A stretch of 57,398 nucleotides of DNA from a bacterium (GTDB lineage Bacteria; SZUA-182; DTGQ01), in the NCBI GenBank assembly GCA_040752695.1, contig JBFMGO010000026.1, positions 1-57,398 of the forward strand, read 5' to 3'. The notes under the pieces were generated by a model. It did no database searches, was not told the origin of the DNA, and saw only the letters and a list, made by a program, of their open reading frames with translations. Of the stretch, positions 54,911 to 57,398 are shown piece after piece. How positions within the stretch are numbered: the first letter of the stretch is position 1; every line of letters starts with the position of its first letter. The position numbers and the translations under genes were made by a program.

Positions 54911-56002
54911 CTACTTTTTTTCTGTGTGAGAATCTGTGTGAGAATTTTCATTTTCACATCCATCCCAGACATGTTCAAAAATCTCCATCGCCTCACGTTC
55001 TGACTCTCCGATACTGTGAAGATAGATCTCAGTAGTGCTCCGGTTTTCATGGCCGAGAATCCGCTGGATCGATCCAGTACCTGCCTTGCAATGGTCCAGA
55101 ACAGATGCACCAAAATGACGGAAAGCGTGAAACCGGAAATACTTGACCCCTGTTTTTTTGCACAGGCCCCTCATAACTTTCTTCCGGTCATAATAAGGCC
55201 CGCTTTTCTTCTCGCCAGTCTTGCTGCTCCAATAGGTATGCCAGAACACCCAGGGCTTTGTCTTATCCCGTTTTGAATATCTTCGGGACAACACCTTATA
55301 CAATCTGTTGGTCATCGGAACCTTGCGGGGAGTCAGGTGGCCGCCCTTTTTCTTCCGGGTATAAAGCACAACATACCGGTCTTCAAAATTTATCTCATTC
55401 CATGTCAGGCGGTTTATCTCGCTCACTCTTGCTAATGTCTCAATGATAGTCCATAAATAATCCTGCGTGTCAGGGTCTGCGGCGAGAATAACTTTCAGGA
55501 TGTCCTCTTTCGATGGGATGTACTTCATCTTCTTCTCAATCGGCAGGAATGTAATGCTTTTTGTGGGATCACTAAGAATCCAGCCCCTTTTTATTCCAAA
55601 ATTGAACAATGCCCGCAGGCAGCGCAGGTCATAATTAGCAGCATAAGCAGAAACCTTCGCCCGCTTAAGGATAAAAAACTGGGCCATGTCAATAGAGATT
55701 TCATCACAGCTCAGGTCACGCCATTTTTCCAGCCATCTTCGGGCCATGTATCTGTAATCCTTATAATACGTAGCGGAATGATAGGCTTTGACATAATCCA
55801 GTCTCCGGTTTACCAGCTCAAAGAAGGTTATGCCGATCGTCGGCGCAACTGCTGCTGTTACTGGGTTTGCTAACTCCTCCTTTCTCTTTGCCTCGGCTTC
55901 TTTTACTTCTTTTTTGGTCTTGAACCAGGCGTCTGTGTACCGTTTCCCTTTGAGGGTGAAGTCGTACCTCCACCCTTTCTTTTTGACAAAATATATGCTC
56001 AT
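54911..56002 (-). CDS. Tyrosine recombinase / site-specific integrase
   Basis: Catalytic R (ARVSEI), K (TRKKK), HxxR (FHAFRH), H and Y (LGHENRSTTEIY); N-terminal arm-binding-like WRYDF. Confidence 0.95.
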   Translation of the reverse strand: MSIYFVKKKGWRYDFTLKGKRYTDAWFKTKKEVKEAEAKRKEELANPVTAAVAPTIGITFFELVNRRLDYVKAYHSATYYKDYRYMARRWLEKWRDLSCDEISIDMAQFFILKRAKVSAYAANYDLRCLRALFNFGIKRGWILSDPTKSITFLPIEKKMKYIPSKEDILKVILAADPDTQDYLWTIIETLARVSEINRLTWNEINFEDRYVVLYTRKKKGGHLTPRKVPMTNRLYKVLSRRYSKRDKTKPWVFWHTYWSSKTGEKKSGPYYDRKKVMRGLCKKTGVKYFRFHAFRHFGASVLDHCKAGTGSIQRILGHENRSTTEIYLHSIGESEREAMEIFEHVWDGCENENSHTDSHTEKK

Positions 56003-56126
56003 GGAGTTTCTCCTTTCCTGGAAAGAACAGAGAACCCCCGAGCTTCCTGCCGCCCAATATCTTCCAGTTCTTATAAACCCAACTCAGGCTTTTCCGGAGA
56101 TACTGAGCGACCTCCTCAGGAGTCAT
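55818..56126 (-). CDS. Excisionase-like helix-turn-helix protein overlapping the integrase start
   Basis: MTPEEVAQYLRKSLSWVYK, a Xis/AlpA-type HTH. Confidence 0.7.
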   Translation of the reverse strand: MTPEEVAQYLRKSLSWVYKNWKILGGRKLGGSLFFPGKEKLHEHIFCQKERVEVRLHPQRETVHRRLVQDQKRSKRSRGKEKGGVSKPSNSSSCADDRHNLL

Positions 56127-56239
56127 TATATCACTATTATTATGGTTTCTGTCAACACTTGAACATTGCATAAATATTTTCCCAATCGGCAACAGACTAC
56201 TCTGCTCATGTTCAATAGCTATCAGACGAGTCTTGAGAG

Positions 56240-56312
56240 AATTCAGGAGCCAGTAGCCAGAAGGAGGTGGTTCTTCCCTTCTGGCTGGATTTTGAATTCT
56301 GACTCCTGACTT
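56240..56312. repeat. Imperfect palindrome with 7-mer repeats
   Basis: AGAATTCAGGAGCCAGTAGCCAGAAGG...CCTTCTGGCTGGATTTTGAATTCT followed by GACTCCT-GACTTCT. Confidence 0.5.
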
Positions 56313-56349
56313 CTCAAAAGCAATGTATTCTTTACAAGATATGAGCGAA

Positions 56350-57048
56350 CTACTTAACCTCTCTCAAGGCCAGCACTTCAAATTTCCTGACAAGATCTCC
56401 GACAGACCTAATAAACCAGTAGTGAAGCTCCCCATCTACTACAGAAGCCATTCTCTCAAGCTGGGGTTCATTTACTTCCGCCGGAGACCCGCCTATTCCT
56501 ATGATGTCCAGTTGTATCCCCCGGCCTTTCAATTCCTGTGCAATTTGCTCAGGATTACCCCCCTCATTATCATATCCGTCTGTCAACATTAAGACTCTTG
56601 GCACAGAAGCGCCTTTACATTTACTGATCACCGCCTTAGAAATCGTAAGCCCTTCTGCTATATTGGTAGAGCTTTCACACCGCAAATTATCGATTACATC
56701 CCCGATCCTTGCATAATCATCCTTAAGTCTCACAGGTTGATGCACTATCCGGGCTCTGGTACTGAAGCTTACAACTCCAACACAAGCATTGGGATTGCTA
56801 TCCTGAAGCTGTTTTAAAAAACCAAAAGAGGCGTCTTTGGCTGCTGCTAATCTGCTTGGAGGGTAATCCCTTTCAGCCATACTTCCGCTCACATCAAGAA
56901 GGATAATATCCAGGGAATTTCCTTCCAAAGTCAAGTTTCTGGATTTTTCTCCTCCTGATACAACCGAGGGATAAAAACCATGATGATAGCCATCATGATT
57001 ATGATCAGTAAAAAAATTCTTTATCGTGTTCAAAAATCGACTATTCAT
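56350..57048 (-). CDS. von Willebrand factor A domain protein
   Basis: Intact MIDAS DVSGSM...STN...MLTDG; GGAGG SD. Confidence 0.9.
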   Translation of the reverse strand: MNSRFLNTIKNFFTDHNHDGYHHGFYPSVVSGGEKSRNLTLEGNSLDIILLDVSGSMAERDYPPSRLAAAKDASFGFLKQLQDSNPNACVGVVSFSTRARIVHQPVRLKDDYARIGDVIDNLRCESSTNIAEGLTISKAVISKCKGASVPRVLMLTDGYDNEGGNPEQIAQELKGRGIQLDIIGIGGSPAEVNEPQLERMASVVDGELHYWFIRSVGDLVRKFEVLALREVK

Positions 57049-57125
57049 AACTTTTCCTCCATAAGATCTTTCTAAGAATGGGGATAAATAGCTCTTTCAT
57101 TCCCTTTTATTACTTTTTGGGTCAA

Positions 57126-57212
57126 TACCCCGCAGCTTGCTGCGCCCAAAATGTAATTAGAAATTTCCGTCGTGAAAATTCCGTAATATTCCGTCAGCTT
57201 GCTGCGGGGATA
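57126..57212. repeat. REP/MITE-like element with palindromic ends
   Basis: TACCCCGCAGCTTGCTGCG ... CAGCTTGCTGCGGGGATA. Confidence 0.65.
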
Positions 57213-57234
57213 GGAATTTTAGGAAATTTCTTTA

Positions 57235-57398
57235 TTACGATCTATTCTTGGAATAGAAATCAGTGGTGATCTCCTTCTCTTGCTTTGACATAAGATCCTT
57301 CACCACTACCTGTACCATGCCAGATTCGTTATAGCCTATGACCACCTCTAAAGATTCCTTATCCGAGCCTCTTGGGGGTAAGTCCATTATCTCCTCAG
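57235..57398 (-). CDS. C-terminal fragment of an Hsp70/DnaK-like protein (partial, not in ORF track)
   Basis: Translates EEIMDLPPRGSDKESLEVVIGYNESGMVQVVVKDLMSKQEKEITTDFYSKNRS*, resembling the Hsp70 SBD-beta pattern LPPxP...IEVTFxxDxNGxxxVxAKD. Confidence 0.6.
   Translation of the reverse strand, partial: EEIMDLPPRGSDKESLEVVIGYNESGMVQVVVKDLMSKQEKEITTDFYSKNRS

Larger units (their letters stand above)
54873..57398. mobile_element. End of an integrative element or prophage inserted at tRNA-Thr (continues beyond the window)
   Basis: Integrase convergent on the tRNA 3' end; IHF consensus AATCAAGGGGTTA (54880-54892); 12-bp direct repeat TCTGTGTGAGAA x2 (54921-54944); lower GC. Confidence 0.85.

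Noticed and set aside
57310..57330. Apparent frameshift in the Hsp70-like fragment
   Set aside because: On re-reading the frame is continuous (AAC GAA TCT GGC ATG GTA)

Overview
A 57.4-kb chromosomal segment of a diderm, probably anaerobic bacterium. The gene set (lptCAB, Wzi/SLBB capsule export, AhbD-like heme synthase, CooT, rpoN-PTS supercluster) is Desulfobacterota/deltaproteobacterium-like; this taxonomy is an inference. Left to right: a GT4 glycosyltransferase and glycogen-debranching-like glucosidase; a hydrolase; a PLP decarboxylase; an RHH-sat-cysC-AlkP sulfate-activation operon; cmk-rpsA-argS-SPOR and a catalytically degenerate OtsB homolog; CooT/DUF3842; a tRNA methyltransferase; two radical SAM genes; and a secreted Gly/Ser/Met/Tyr-rich protein. 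Next comes an AT-rich island (CcbP-like genes, GNAT, type I R-M hsdRSM) abutting the 3' end of tRNA-Phe, then Wzi/SLBB, cutA, an RNase Z-like gene with a sigma54 promoter, and metK. An lptCAB-IHF/HU-rpoN-hpf-ptsN-hprK-mannose-type PTS cluster has a GH57 gene inserted in it. After pyrE lies tRNA-Thr with the end of an integrated element (tyrosine integrase, HTH, vWA, partial Hsp70-like gene). The most notable observations are: (i) a shared acidic-helix 'RLRxLGY' C-terminal tag on the RHH regulator and CysC of a reductase-less PAPS operon; (ii) pervasive, locus-specific degenerate tandem 'stutters' that copy the adjacent start or stop codon at many gene boundaries; (iii) two copies of a ~148-bp TIR-bounded MITE-like element; (iv) an intact but catalytically dead-looking trehalose phosphatase; (v) T-stem mismatches in both tRNAs next to islands; and (vi) a vWA plus lid-less Hsp70-like cargo pair. 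All protein calls come from motif recognition by eye; no searches were run.
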